From contig JAFGVM010000089.1 in NCBI GenBank assembly GCA_016937995.1, forward strand, positions 1 to 54,749: DNA of 54,749 bases, in the 5' to 3' direction. Both the position numbers and the translations under genes were made by a program. This stretch comes from Candidatus Delongbacteria bacterium (lineage in GTDB: Bacteria; UBA4055). Of the stretch, positions 20,067 to 29,552 are shown one piece after another. The notes beneath the pieces are model-generated. The model made no database searches and was not told the DNA's origin. It worked only from the letters and a program-made list of their open reading frames with translations. Each line of letters opens with the position of its first letter. Position 1 is the stretch's first letter.

Positions 20067-21920
20067 TTACTTTTCCAGAAAGATCATAGAGTATATCGGT
20101 TTTTTAAATTCAAGTATAAAATTTCTGAATTCGTTGTATTTTTCAGGTTTAACTGTCATTTCAGGAATGTAAATAGTTCTAACCAAATTTATATTATTAC
20201 TACCATAAATAATTTCAAGTTGAACAAATGCTTTTGATCCTCCGCATTCGAACTCTTTCCTGAAATTATCCATATTTATGATCCTTGATTCAGTATCCGT
20301 TCTGATGCTGATCGTATCTTTATAATAGATTTTACTTTTTACAATATAATCATTTACCCTGTCTTTCAGAGAGACGTCAATACCAAGACCCGGATCCATA
20401 ATCTTAAAATAAGTATAATCTCCCTGGTCAACTATTCTATCTCGGTAAAGAATATTGAACGATATTTCCATCGGTTTATCCAGATCGTCAATATTCTTAA
20501 AGTCAGGTCCGGAAGTTATCTCAGCAGCTTTATCATTTAGTGAATACTGGGCGAAGTACATTTTTCTCTGTTCTTCAGGAAATCTTTTATACCAGCGGTT
20601 ATTCTGATCATCCGCTGCTTTTAATGACCATAATGTTTCCAGTTCGATATTCTGATCGATTAATTTATAATTGAAAACACGTGATCTTGTTATAGTCTCA
20701 GGATAATTATAATCTATTATTAGTTCTTTTTTATCAGGGGAGATCAAAGTATTTTCATAGTTTCCTGTAAATCCGTATACTCCATCAGAATTCCCGGGTG
20801 AAACAAGTGTGCCTTCATGATAGGCCTCAAGCTCATCAATGAACCAGTCCAGTGCCATTTTTTTTAATTCAGGGAACTCTTTATATGATCTGTTAAGCTT
20901 TAAAACCGGATAAACATTCTCTATCCCCTGTGATCTTAACAGAGCAATAAATAAAGCTGTGATATCTCTTACAGAACCATACTTTTGCTGGATTATCTTA
21001 TCCATCGGGTCTGGAGTAAAATCCATTTGAGTTATGAACGAGTTCTTTTTTTCATAATTACCTGCAAGGTATTTGTAAACAGCAGTGATCTTTTCATCCT
21101 CTTCTTTAATATCACCAATTATGTCTGCAGACAATTCTTTAACCTTGTCTGTGATCACAACCTCATTTATTTTCTTCAGGTTCATCAGGGAATATTCATT
21201 CCAGTCCTTGTAAAATGAAAAGACTAAAGGTTTGCCGCTTATCAGATAATCAGGTGAAGAAGGTTCTTCTTTGATCAGTGGAGAATTATTGATCGACCAG
21301 GATAATATGTTCTTACCGTTCTCAATTATCTTATCTAAGGAAATATCTTCATGATTCCAAATGTTGAGATCTAATTTTTCAGGATAGATAAGAGTTAGTT
21401 TTTTTATGATGTATGGGTTGCTTTCCTGAAAGTGAACGATCTGATTAACCGGCATTTTTCTTGTGTTAGTGATCTTATATTCAAGAGCAAGGTAATATCC
21501 GGGTTCTATTGCTGGAAAATTTATTACTTTCTTTCTGTCATTGATATATTCCGGTGATGAAACCGCATCACGTGTGTTCAGATCGTATATCTGATTTTCA
21601 GGAACTTCATGCTTTATTCCTTCGGGATCGATCGTCACTTTTGTTAATAATTCAACACTTTCATAGTCAGGATCGTATTCAACTGTTACATCGGAATAGC
21701 GCTTTTTGCCGGAGTAGTTCACTATCTTCTTTAAAAAGAATACATGCTTGGTAAAAGAATAATCTTCTTCCACATCAAAATTTACATCTGTAAAAATATT
21801 TACTGTTGTAGCATCTTCATAAACTTTATCATTGTCATACTGAGAAATCAGTTTATCAATATCGTAAGAGGCAAAAGTTATACCTGTGATTACCAATATG
21901 GTTAAAATTAACTTTTTCAT
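20067..21920 (-). CDS. exported DUF3857/transglutaminase-like protein, catalytic Cys absent
   Basis: Signal peptide, 'KKVINFPAIEPG', 'IIQQKYGSVRDITALFIALLRSQGI' (no Cys at the GxC site). Confidence 0.75.
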   Translation of the reverse strand: MKKLILTILVITGITFASYDIDKLISQYDNDKVYEDATTVNIFTDVNFDVEEDYSFTKHVFFLKKIVNYSGKKRYSDVTVEYDPDYESVELLTKVTIDPEGIKHEVPENQIYDLNTRDAVSSPEYINDRKKVINFPAIEPGYYLALEYKITNTRKMPVNQIVHFQESNPYIIKKLTLIYPEKLDLNIWNHEDISLDKIIENGKNILSWSINNSPLIKEEPSSPDYLISGKPLVFSFYKDWNEYSLMNLKKINEVVITDKVKELSADIIGDIKEEDEKITAVYKYLAGNYEKKNSFITQMDFTPDPMDKIIQQKYGSVRDITALFIALLRSQGIENVYPVLKLNRSYKEFPELKKMALDWFIDELEAYHEGTLVSPGNSDGVYGFTGNYENTLISPDKKELIIDYNYPETITRSRVFNYKLIDQNIELETLWSLKAADDQNNRWYKRFPEEQRKMYFAQYSLNDKAAEITSGPDFKNIDDLDKPMEISFNILYRDRIVDQGDYTYFKIMDPGLGIDVSLKDRVNDYIVKSKIYYKDTISIRTDTESRIINMDNFRKEFECGGSKAFVQLEIIYGSNNINLVRTIYIPEMTVKPEKYNEFRNFILEFKKPIYSMIFLEK

Positions 21921-23857
21921 TTTACACCTCCTATTTTTCCGATCATATACAGATTACCGTATTTATCCAGTGAGGATAATTTGTTCTTAACAGCTAGATA
22001 ATCTTCTTTTTTAAAATGTATTTTGCTAGATTCAAAGTGATAATGTGCAGTTAAAACATTGTTCTCAAATTTATTTTCTATTTTTGTTTTAAACCCATGA
22101 AAATCAAGTTCATCAACCTTCGGGAATGAAATATTCTCGATCTCCTTATCCAGCTTGAGTGAGATGTAAGTATCTAAACTGTATGTCCCTCCCATTTTGA
22201 AGTCAAAATTCCTGGACTGTAACGAAAATGGACCCATGATACTTCTAAATAGAAAATGAATGTTCAATTTTGATACATCAAATGGTATAAATATGTGTTC
22301 CCTGGACATGTCAATAAAGTTGTTGATCTTCACCTTAAGTTCAACTTTCATATTCTTTTCTTTATTCTTCGGGTCAGTATAAGTCAATTCCAGTAGTTCA
22401 ATGCTCGGATTGATCTTTCCGAGCAATTTAGAAAAATAATTTTCAAGTTCATGGCCGGTATAATGGTCAAGAATTGATCTGAAGATCGTATCGCCCAGTC
22501 CTGTCATATCGTATTTGATATTTCCTTCAGCGATGTCGCCTTTTACAACAAGATCGATATTTGCGGTTGAATTATTATTCTCTGGAAGTGATACAGGTGT
22601 TGTTCTCAAAGTTTCACCTTTTTCACTTGCAATAAGATAGCTGTTATCCTCTTCGTACTTAGGCAGAAAATCCTTTGTGTTTTCATCTGTAGGATCAAAA
22701 ATAAATTCAGGTTCTCCCTTATCATCATAAGAAACTGTTATTGCATGATTGAACCAGACTATAGGAAATTCATGATTAAGTCTGCTTCCAGATGAAATAA
22801 GGATAACATCAGAACCAATACCGGCCAACCTCAACATTGCTGTTAAAAGAGCTGCTTTATCTCTGCAAACTCCACCTTTAGTCTCAAATGTATATGCTAC
22901 ATCATGCGGCTCAAATCCGGGACGGTTGGTTTCTTTATCTACTCCGAGATAACGGATCTTTCTTGCGACCCAGTAGAATAATTTTGCCGCTTTTTCCTTT
23001 CGTCCTTCAACTCCTTTTATTATTTCATCAACCTTTTTCTGCATTGCTTCGGTTGTATTCATATGAGGTTTAACAATATTGAAATACCATTTTGATATCT
23101 CTTCCCAGTTTTTAGCCGTTGTTATGCCATATTGATGAAGTATGAAATTTGTGTCCTCCATATATGGCTCATAAATAAGCTGCGTTGAGTTCTTATTGTT
23201 CCAAGTGTGTTTAGTCCTTCCGTCCCTTTCTTCTTTCTTGTATTCAAAATCATACTCTTTTTCGTTCTTATTTAATTCATAAATATACAATTGCTTCTCA
23301 GATGGTATGCTGATCTCCAAATAATCGTTTAAGTAGGACGAGAAGGTTTCTAAAGAATATGTTGTAAAAAAATTGTTCTCCATTACTCTTTTCTTGGCTA
23401 TATTCTTTGTTTTCTCGTAAAGGATATCTCCTATCTCAAGATCAGGAATATTACCGGTAAGATATTTACTTTGGTTTGAATAGATATTGCTCCATCCTGG
23501 AGGATCAGTTACTGTCAAGAATTTATCAGGATCAAATGTCACTACTTTCCCATCGGATTTTATAAGCTTGATCTCTTCGACTATCAGAGAATCATATATA
23601 AGATCTTTATAAAAAAACACTTCATTATTCCTTTTTCCTTCTTCGGTCAATATTTTTTTGTATGTTTCATCGATACTGTATCCCAGGCAGTCATTATTTA
23701 GATACTCGATCTTATTTACCAAATAAACTTCATGACTGTTCGGATAGTCTTGGGATTGAGCCTTTTGTAGCAGATCGATCGCCTGATCGAAAGGGATGTA
23801 ATCCGCATGGATTGTGGTCATCAAGACCCAAAGTAAGAATATCAGCAATTTTTTCAT
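21917..23857 (-). CDS. exported DUF3857/transglutaminase-like cysteine protease
   Basis: Signal peptide, 'IPDLEIGDIL', 'WVARKIRY', GGVCRDKAALL, FNHAI and FDPT (Cys-His-Asp). Confidence 0.85.
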   Translation of the reverse strand: MKKLLIFLLWVLMTTIHADYIPFDQAIDLLQKAQSQDYPNSHEVYLVNKIEYLNNDCLGYSIDETYKKILTEEGKRNNEVFFYKDLIYDSLIVEEIKLIKSDGKVVTFDPDKFLTVTDPPGWSNIYSNQSKYLTGNIPDLEIGDILYEKTKNIAKKRVMENNFFTTYSLETFSSYLNDYLEISIPSEKQLYIYELNKNEKEYDFEYKKEERDGRTKHTWNNKNSTQLIYEPYMEDTNFILHQYGITTAKNWEEISKWYFNIVKPHMNTTEAMQKKVDEIIKGVEGRKEKAAKLFYWVARKIRYLGVDKETNRPGFEPHDVAYTFETKGGVCRDKAALLTAMLRLAGIGSDVILISSGSRLNHEFPIVWFNHAITVSYDDKGEPEFIFDPTDENTKDFLPKYEEDNSYLIASEKGETLRTTPVSLPENNNSTANIDLVVKGDIAEGNIKYDMTGLGDTIFRSILDHYTGHELENYFSKLLGKINPSIELLELTYTDPKNKEKNMKVELKVKINNFIDMSREHIFIPFDVSKLNIHFLFRSIMGPFSLQSRNFDFKMGGTYSLDTYISLKLDKEIENISFPKVDELDFHGFKTKIENKFENNVLTAHYHFESSKIHFKKEDYLAVKNKLSSLDKYGNLYMIGKIGGVK

Positions 23858-23876
23858 TTAGACCCCTTTTTACATA

Positions 23877-24305
23877 TTAATTTTCATCTACTTCTGAATT
23901 TCCGTTCATAATAACCAGTATTGATGCCGGTAGTATGTGGGCAAAATAAATCAGTGCAACGGTAAAAACAATATTTATTCTCATGTCTGTAATAGACAAT
24001 AGAAGCATGATCAATAATGCTATTATCGTAAAAATTGCATAGGACAATCTTAGTATTTTTCTAACTAAAATTAATTCTCTTTCGTCAAGATCTTTCACTG
24101 ATAAATGAACAAATCCCCACGCTTTAGTTTTGATGTATGCGAAATAAAAACTTATCGCAAATAATGTAATAAAGAAAACTTCTGAAGCAACGAACATCCA
24201 TGACCATTCAATATCCCTAAGATACTGGAAAGTAAATACTATGAATATCAGACCTAAGTAATTCATCAGCACAAAATGAATACTGTTCAGTTTTAAATTC
24301 TTCAC
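23877..24305 (-). CDS. four-TM membrane protein with DERE motif (typical partner of XRE regulators)
   Basis: Four hydrophobic segments around 'DLDERE'; CAGGAG RBS, GTG start. Confidence 0.7.
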   Translation of the reverse strand: MKNLKLNSIHFVLMNYLGLIFIVFTFQYLRDIEWSWMFVASEVFFITLFAISFYFAYIKTKAWGFVHLSVKDLDERELILVRKILRLSYAIFTIIALLIMLLLSITDMRINIVFTVALIYFAHILPASILVIMNGNSEVDEN

Positions 24306-24348
24306 TTTTTATCTCCTGTGTTTATATTAAGAATGGATTTTATTGTTC

Positions 24349-24407
24349 TCGTATGAAGGAAGGATGGAGGATCCTTCCCATACGATATGTCAGATCCAAT
24401 ATCTGAC
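24349..24407 (-). repeat. REP-like hairpin pair
   Basis: Minus strand GTCAGAT-ATTGG-ATCTGAC and CGTATGGGAAGGAT...ATCCTTCCTTCATACG; the latter resembles the REP at 53838. Confidence 0.45.
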
Positions 24408-24423
24408 TGCTTTGCGTGAACGA

Positions 24424-24684
24424 TCAACTAATATCCTTGCGCATTCTCTCAAATACGATCTCACTTAACGGCTTCATTGGTTTAGGAGAAAATATGAACT
24501 CAATAGGTTTATTCAATACATCTGAGATACGGAAAGCTAGATCCAGGCTTGGATTATATTCTTCCCTCTCAAGATATCCGACAGTTTGAAAGTTAACTCC
24601 TATCTTATCTGCAAGCTCTCTTCTTGTCATACCAATTTCCTGCCGGAGAAATGATACTCTATTGTATAATTTTCTTGATATCAT
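24424..24684 (-). CDS. XRE family helix-turn-helix transcriptional regulator
   Basis: 'NRVSFLRQEIGMTRRELADKIGVNFQTVGYLEREEYNPSLDLAFRIS'; start placed at ATG 24684. Confidence 0.92.
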   Translation of the reverse strand: MISRKLYNRVSFLRQEIGMTRRELADKIGVNFQTVGYLEREEYNPSLDLAFRISDVLNKPIEFIFSPKPMKPLSEIVFERMRKDIS

Positions 24685-24685
24685 G

Positions 24686-24719
24686 TTGTAAATATACAAT
24701 AAAAATAATAAATATGCAA
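24686..24719 (-). promoter_or_regulatory. promoter (leaderless) and palindromic operator of the XRE gene
   Basis: TTGCAT-N17-TATATT with extended TG; ATG follows 6 nt after the -10; TTGTA-N4-TACAA at 24686-24699. Confidence 0.6.
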
Positions 24720-24749
24720 TATGATTCGCATTGTTATAGTATTATGAGC

Positions 24750-24778
24750 TTGACAAATAATTTATTTTTGCATATTCT
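24750..24778 (+). promoter_or_regulatory. sigma70-type promoter
   Basis: TTGACA-N17-TATTCT. Confidence 0.6.
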
Positions 24779-24818
24779 TTTGTAGTCATTTGTTAGAAAT
24801 AAAATATTGGAGGAGAAA

Positions 24819-25184
24819 ATGGGTAACGTGATATACGTTCTTGTAATTGTAGCTTTCGTTCTTTATGAATTGATAGCAATGTGGAAAGTTTTTGAGAAAG
24901 CAGGACAACCGGGGTGGGGCATATTTATACCTATCTATAACACTTACATAATGTTGAAAATTGCTGGAAGACCTGGTTGGTGGTTATTATTGTTCTTTGT
25001 GCCAATCGTTAACTTTGTGATAGCAATAATAATGATGGTTGATATTGCTAAGAATTTTGGTAAAAGCGGAATGTTCGCTCTTGGACTGATCTTACTTGGA
25101 TTCATTTTTTATCCGATCCTGGGATACGGAGATGCACAGTGGAATCCCGGTGGTGCACCTGAACCTACAGCTCCAATCGAGTAA
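24819..25184 (+). CDS. DUF5684-type small membrane protein
   Basis: 'WKVFEKAGQPGWGIFIPIYN', 'GRPGWW', 'AKNFGKS', 'FYPILGYG'; GGAGG RBS. Confidence 0.85.
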   Translation: MGNVIYVLVIVAFVLYELIAMWKVFEKAGQPGWGIFIPIYNTYIMLKIAGRPGWWLLLFFVPIVNFVIAIIMMVDIAKNFGKSGMFALGLILLGFIFYPILGYGDAQWNPGGAPEPTAPIE

Positions 25185-25190
25185 ACTTTT

Positions 25191-25217
25191 AAAGGCGAGA
25201 ATTATCTCGCCTTTTTT
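25191..25217 (+). terminator. intrinsic terminator
   Basis: AAAGGCGAGA-ATTA-TCTCGCCTTTTTT. Confidence 0.85.
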
Positions 25218-25219
25218 GT

Positions 25220-25248
25220 TTGACAAATCCTCTATTATTCTCTAATTT
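25220..25248 (+). promoter_or_regulatory. sigma70-type promoter
   Basis: TTGACA-N17-TAATTT. Confidence 0.5.
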
Positions 25249-25301
25249 GTTTTAACTGGTATTTTTCAAGATATGAAATATTTAGATAATAGGAAGAGAA
25301 A

Positions 25302-25952
25302 ATGTTTATCCAAAAAAGAATTGCATTTATCGCAATAATACTTGTTGCATTATGCGTGGGTCTTTTCGCTGGAGATGGTAAAGCACTGGAAAAACAATCT
25401 GCAAAGATAGTAAAGAAAGTGGAAAGAGCTGCAACAGGAACAGCTGAAGCTTATTCTTACATTTATGATGCGATCGGCAAAGAAAAAGAAACAAAAGAAC
25501 TGCAGAAACTAACTCAGGATCTAAAAATTAAAGATAAAGTCGATCTTGATAAACTTGAAAAATCCATGGAAACCATCGTTAAATATGGAACACTGCTTGA
25601 GACTATAGATCTTGCAAAAGAAGTGATCAGTGAGGAAGGAAAAGGAAAGCTAGGAATGTCTATTGTAAGTATGACCGTTGCAACGAATCTGTATAATGAA
25701 GCTACTGATGAATCAAAGGAACTTCTTCCAAAAGCTGAAAAAGCTCTGAAAGGATTATCTGGATTTTCTGCTATGAAAGAAGCTGGACCGATAAAAGAAG
25801 CCATCGGTAACTGTAAATGGGTCGGAGAAAAATCTCCTGCTCAAATGAAACAACTTGCAACAGCAATGACAAAAGTCACTGACTATTCAAAAGCTAACGG
25901 GATTCCACTTCCAACAAAAGATGAGATAGAAAAAAAAGCAGCAGAATTATAA
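25302..25952 (+). CDS. hypothetical exported alpha-helical protein
   Basis: Signal peptide ending ...LFA; K/E/A-rich; own promoter and terminator. Confidence 0.75.
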   Translation: MFIQKRIAFIAIILVALCVGLFAGDGKALEKQSAKIVKKVERAATGTAEAYSYIYDAIGKEKETKELQKLTQDLKIKDKVDLDKLEKSMETIVKYGTLLETIDLAKEVISEEGKGKLGMSIVSMTVATNLYNEATDESKELLPKAEKALKGLSGFSAMKEAGPIKEAIGNCKWVGEKSPAQMKQLATAMTKVTDYSKANGIPLPTKDEIEKKAAEL

Positions 25953-25961
25953 ACTTATGTT

Positions 25962-25992
25962 GTCATACTCGGGCTTGACCCGTGCATCCAGG
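25962..25992 (+). repeat. GTCAT-headed palindromic repeat
   Basis: GTCATACTCGGGCTTGACCCGTGCATCCAGG. Confidence 0.6.
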
Positions 25993-26008
25993 GGAATTAA
26001 ATTATTTT

Positions 26009-26033
26009 AGGGCGTTTTATACGTCCTTTTTTT
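26009..26033 (+). terminator. intrinsic terminator
   Basis: AGGGCGT-TTTAT-ACGTCCT followed by a T-run. Confidence 0.65.
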
Positions 26034-26120
26034 ATAAGAATTATATCATTGCAAATCATGACCGTTTAGATTTATTTATATCATCATGGTAATAATATAA
26101 TGAATATATCCGGAGATAAT

Positions 26121-27197
26121 ATGAACATATCAGCAAACCTTTTAAAATTCCGTAACGGAAAAATAATGAAGAACAGATTCATGCTGGCACCGATGACCAA
26201 TACTATGAGCTTTGAGAACGGACATCTGTCCGATGATGAATATAAATGGCTGACTATGAGGGCTGCAGGTCAGTTCGGTATGGTTATGACCTGTGCTTCA
26301 CATGTTAATGAGTTCGGAAAAGGCTTTCCGGGTCAGCTGGCAATTTATTCTGATGAATTCATTGAAGACCATAAAAGACTTGCTGCAGGAATAAAAGAAC
26401 ACGGCAGCCTAGCTGTAGTCCAGCTTCATCATGCAGGAATGAGATCTCCTAAGAAACTGATAGGAAGAGACCCTGTCGCTCCTTACGACAATGAAGAATA
26501 CGGGGCAGTTGCATTGACTTTAGAGGAGATCGCAGAGCTTAAAAATGATTTCATCGAAGCAGCTGTAAGGGCAGAAAAGTGTGGTTATGATGGTATTCAG
26601 GTCCATGGAGCTCATGGATATATTCTTACCCAGTTCCTTAACATTGATGAAAATAGAAGATCTGATGAATATGGTGGATCTATTGATAACAGAGGAAGGA
26701 TAATCTTTGAAATTCTGGAAGGTATCAGAGAAAAATGCAGTAAAGAATTCCTTGTCGGTATCAGAATTTCACCTGAAAGGTCGGGTATGGAGCTTTGTGA
26801 AGCTAAATATATCTGTCAAAAGATAATCGATCAGGGTTTTACAGACACACTCGATATTTCTCTCTGGGATTCTTTCAAATATCCTTATGATGAAAAATAT
26901 AGCGAGAAAACTCTTCTTGAGCACTTTCAGGAAATCGATTTCAAAGATGTTAAGTATTCTGTTGCAGGTAATGTACATACCGGTGAAGATGTAATTAAAG
27001 TTCTGGATACCGGTGTTGACTTTGTTGCAATTGGTCATTCCGGTATTCTTCATCATGATTTTCCGGCAAAAGTAATGGAAGATACTGAATTTAAACCTAT
27101 AGAACCTCCGGTAACACTTGATCATCTTAGAAACGAAGGTCTAGGACAGAAGTTTCTGGATTATATCTCCAGATGGCCGGATTTTATCAAAAAATAA
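26121..27197 (+). CDS. NADH:flavin oxidoreductase (old yellow enzyme family)
   Basis: KNRFMLAPMT, QLHHAG, GYDGIQVHGAHGY, RSDEYGGS; start placed after GGAG. Confidence 0.92.
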   Translation: MNISANLLKFRNGKIMKNRFMLAPMTNTMSFENGHLSDDEYKWLTMRAAGQFGMVMTCASHVNEFGKGFPGQLAIYSDEFIEDHKRLAAGIKEHGSLAVVQLHHAGMRSPKKLIGRDPVAPYDNEEYGAVALTLEEIAELKNDFIEAAVRAEKCGYDGIQVHGAHGYILTQFLNIDENRRSDEYGGSIDNRGRIIFEILEGIREKCSKEFLVGIRISPERSGMELCEAKYICQKIIDQGFTDTLDISLWDSFKYPYDEKYSEKTLLEHFQEIDFKDVKYSVAGNVHTGEDVIKVLDTGVDFVAIGHSGILHHDFPAKVMEDTEFKPIEPPVTLDHLRNEGLGQKFLDYISRWPDFIKK

Positions 27198-27214
27198 ATT
27201 TCTCAGGAGTTGTA

Positions 27215-28903
27215 ATGAAACTTTTCATCAATATTTTCCTAACTTTGACCTTAACTTTAAGCGCATCTGCATACAAGGTAACCTACGAGCAGTACAGTAA
27301 AGATAAAAAACAGGGAGATGATTTCAGTTTTACCTACAGTAGCGGGATAGCTTACCTGTCGGGAACTGAAGATAAGATCAGGTACTATACTGATTTTAAG
27401 GCAGAAGAAAATGTCAGTACGATAAAGTATGAAGAAATATTGTATAAAGATGTAACTCCTTTTGATTCTCTTCCGAAACCTGAATTCAGTGATAAATCCG
27501 AGACTATACTGGATTATGAATGTCAGTACGCATCATATATTTACTTTTCAAATAAGATAGAGGTTTGGTTCACTGAAAAAACAGAAGCTAAAGGTTCTCC
27601 ATACAGCAGATTTTTACCTAAACATGATGCCCTGGCTTTGAAGATAGTGATAAATGGAGACAGGAAGATCATCGCAAAATCTATAGAGAAACTTGATGAA
27701 TATACAGAGCAGAAATACAATGCAAAGGAAGCAAAACTGGTTACAAAGCCTGAATTCGATGAACTCAAGATCAACTCCAGATTTATAAAGGTAAAAGTTT
27801 TTGAAGAAGAAACTGTAAATTTTGACCCGGAGATAAAACCTGCACAGGATGAAGTTTTAAAAAATGATACGACTTATCATTTCTCTAAAGGATCTGTCGT
27901 TATGAAAAAGATCAAACTGACCGATGAGATGAAGAAAAATACAATGGTCTTTGCAAAACTGAGATGCAGATCAAATGGTGATGCCTATGACAGAACAGGA
28001 TCTGCATTTATTATACCTGTAAATGATAAAATTTCTGTTCTTGATGCTTACAAATTCGGTCTTGATACTTTACCGGTGAGTGAGGATAATAAAGACAGAA
28101 AATATCAGGGGATCGCAAGAACAGACAACTATGATCCTGTGATCGAGATAATACGTTTCATCACTTCTTTCGGTGCTGATCATTTTAATGAGAAAAATGA
28201 GATAAACAACTATGACTGGGAAGATGATGTGATCTACAAGCAGGAAATTTCTTCTCTTATACCGAATGATAAAGATGAGATGTGGGTCGGTGTCTTTGTA
28301 GGTAACTATGACAAAGGCGGTCACAAAGTAAGTCTAGATCTTGACTTTCATCCCGGCTACAGTGAAAATGACAGTATCAAGGTTAAAAAGTACATCCAAC
28401 CACTTTTTTCTACAGTGAATACTCTGGAAATGTCAGGTCAGAACTATGGAAAACTTTTTGATAACGATACTCTTAGAGTCGAATTTGAAATCTCAGAGAA
28501 AATTGAGGATATTAAACTATTATATACTACTACCGGTCATGGCGGCTGGGGTGGAGGAGATGAATTCAATCCAAAGCAGAATCAGGTTTTCATTGACGGT
28601 GTTAAAGTTTTCAAGATCTTTCCATGGAGAACTGACTGTGGTACATACAGGATGTATAATCCTGCATCGGGTAATTTCGGGAACGGGGTTTCTTCAAGCG
28701 ATCTGAGCAGATCTAACTGGTGCCCGGCTATGCTTACTCCACCTTATATTATCCCTCTTGATACTTTGAAACAGGGAAAACATACAATGGAGATCGTTAT
28801 TGATCAGGGAAAAGAGGATGGTAATGCATGGAACGTAACAGGTGTCCTTACCGGTCAAATTGAAACTAAGATAGATCCTGACAAGAAAGAACCAGCGAAG
28901 TAA
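27215..28903 (+). CDS. exported peptide-N-glycosidase F-like protein (GLPGLI-like N-terminal region plus PNGase F domains)
   Basis: Signal peptide, 'ETILDYEC', 'SNGDAYDRTGS', 'RFITSFG', 'TTTGHGGWGGGDEF', 'PWRTDC', 'SRSNWCP'; CAGGAG RBS. Confidence 0.8.
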   Translation: MKLFINIFLTLTLTLSASAYKVTYEQYSKDKKQGDDFSFTYSSGIAYLSGTEDKIRYYTDFKAEENVSTIKYEEILYKDVTPFDSLPKPEFSDKSETILDYECQYASYIYFSNKIEVWFTEKTEAKGSPYSRFLPKHDALALKIVINGDRKIIAKSIEKLDEYTEQKYNAKEAKLVTKPEFDELKINSRFIKVKVFEEETVNFDPEIKPAQDEVLKNDTTYHFSKGSVVMKKIKLTDEMKKNTMVFAKLRCRSNGDAYDRTGSAFIIPVNDKISVLDAYKFGLDTLPVSEDNKDRKYQGIARTDNYDPVIEIIRFITSFGADHFNEKNEINNYDWEDDVIYKQEISSLIPNDKDEMWVGVFVGNYDKGGHKVSLDLDFHPGYSENDSIKVKKYIQPLFSTVNTLEMSGQNYGKLFDNDTLRVEFEISEKIEDIKLLYTTTGHGGWGGGDEFNPKQNQVFIDGVKVFKIFPWRTDCGTYRMYNPASGNFGNGVSSSDLSRSNWCPAMLTPPYIIPLDTLKQGKHTMEIVIDQGKEDGNAWNVTGVLTGQIETKIDPDKKEPAK

Positions 28904-28906
28904 AAT

Positions 28907-29359
28907 TTGAGTTATATTAAAGATATATTTGAGAATTTGGAAGGCAGTTGGACTCTAAACAGAGAGTTCGTTGACCTGGATACAGGTGTTAAACATTCTG
29001 CATCAGGTAATGCTGTATTCAAAAAGAATAAAGCTAATATTTTAGCCTACGAAGAGACCGGAGTTTTATCCCTTCCTGAAAATTCTGCTAATCTGAATTT
29101 TACTAGAAAATATCTTTACGAATTGAAAGATAATGCAATTCATATCATTCTGGATGACGGGATAAACAGAGGAGATCTGTTTCAGAAGCTTATTCCAACA
29201 GAGGATGAGAGAGTCTTTAAAGGTACAGAGCATCTATGTGTAAATGATACTTATAATGGGACATATCATTTTATCAATGAAAACGAATTCAGTATTGAAA
29301 TTATTAAGAAAGGTCCTAGGATGAATGTGGAGATAAAGACTTCATATAGGAAAAAGTAA
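28907..29359 (+). CDS. DUF6314-like protein
   Basis: 'LEGSWTLNR', 'YEETGVL', 'RKYLY', 'HLCVNDTYNG', 'GPR'. Confidence 0.65.
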   Translation: MSYIKDIFENLEGSWTLNREFVDLDTGVKHSASGNAVFKKNKANILAYEETGVLSLPENSANLNFTRKYLYELKDNAIHIILDDGINRGDLFQKLIPTEDERVFKGTEHLCVNDTYNGTYHFINENEFSIEIIKKGPRMNVEIKTSYRKK

Positions 29360-29377
29360 CCATTTTGAAGGATAATT

Positions 29378-29538
29378 ATGGCAAATCGTTGGGGAATACC
29401 TAAACATGTTGAAAATTTCGAAAAAGAAAGAGATTAAAATGTGATTATTGTAAAAGAAAAGGAATTACTGTAGAAACTGTTGCTGAAATTGTAAATGAAG
29501 CTGTTAAAAAACCACCAAAATTATCTGGTGTAAGCTAA
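29378..29538 (+). pseudogene. remnant of small HNH-endonuclease-like gene (frameshift plus internal deletion)
   Basis: AAGGA RBS, MANRWGIPKHVENFEKERD, then in a shifted frame KCDYCKRKGITVETVAEIVNEAVKKPPKLSGVS*. Confidence 0.55.
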
Positions 29539-29552
29539 CCACTAACTACTGA

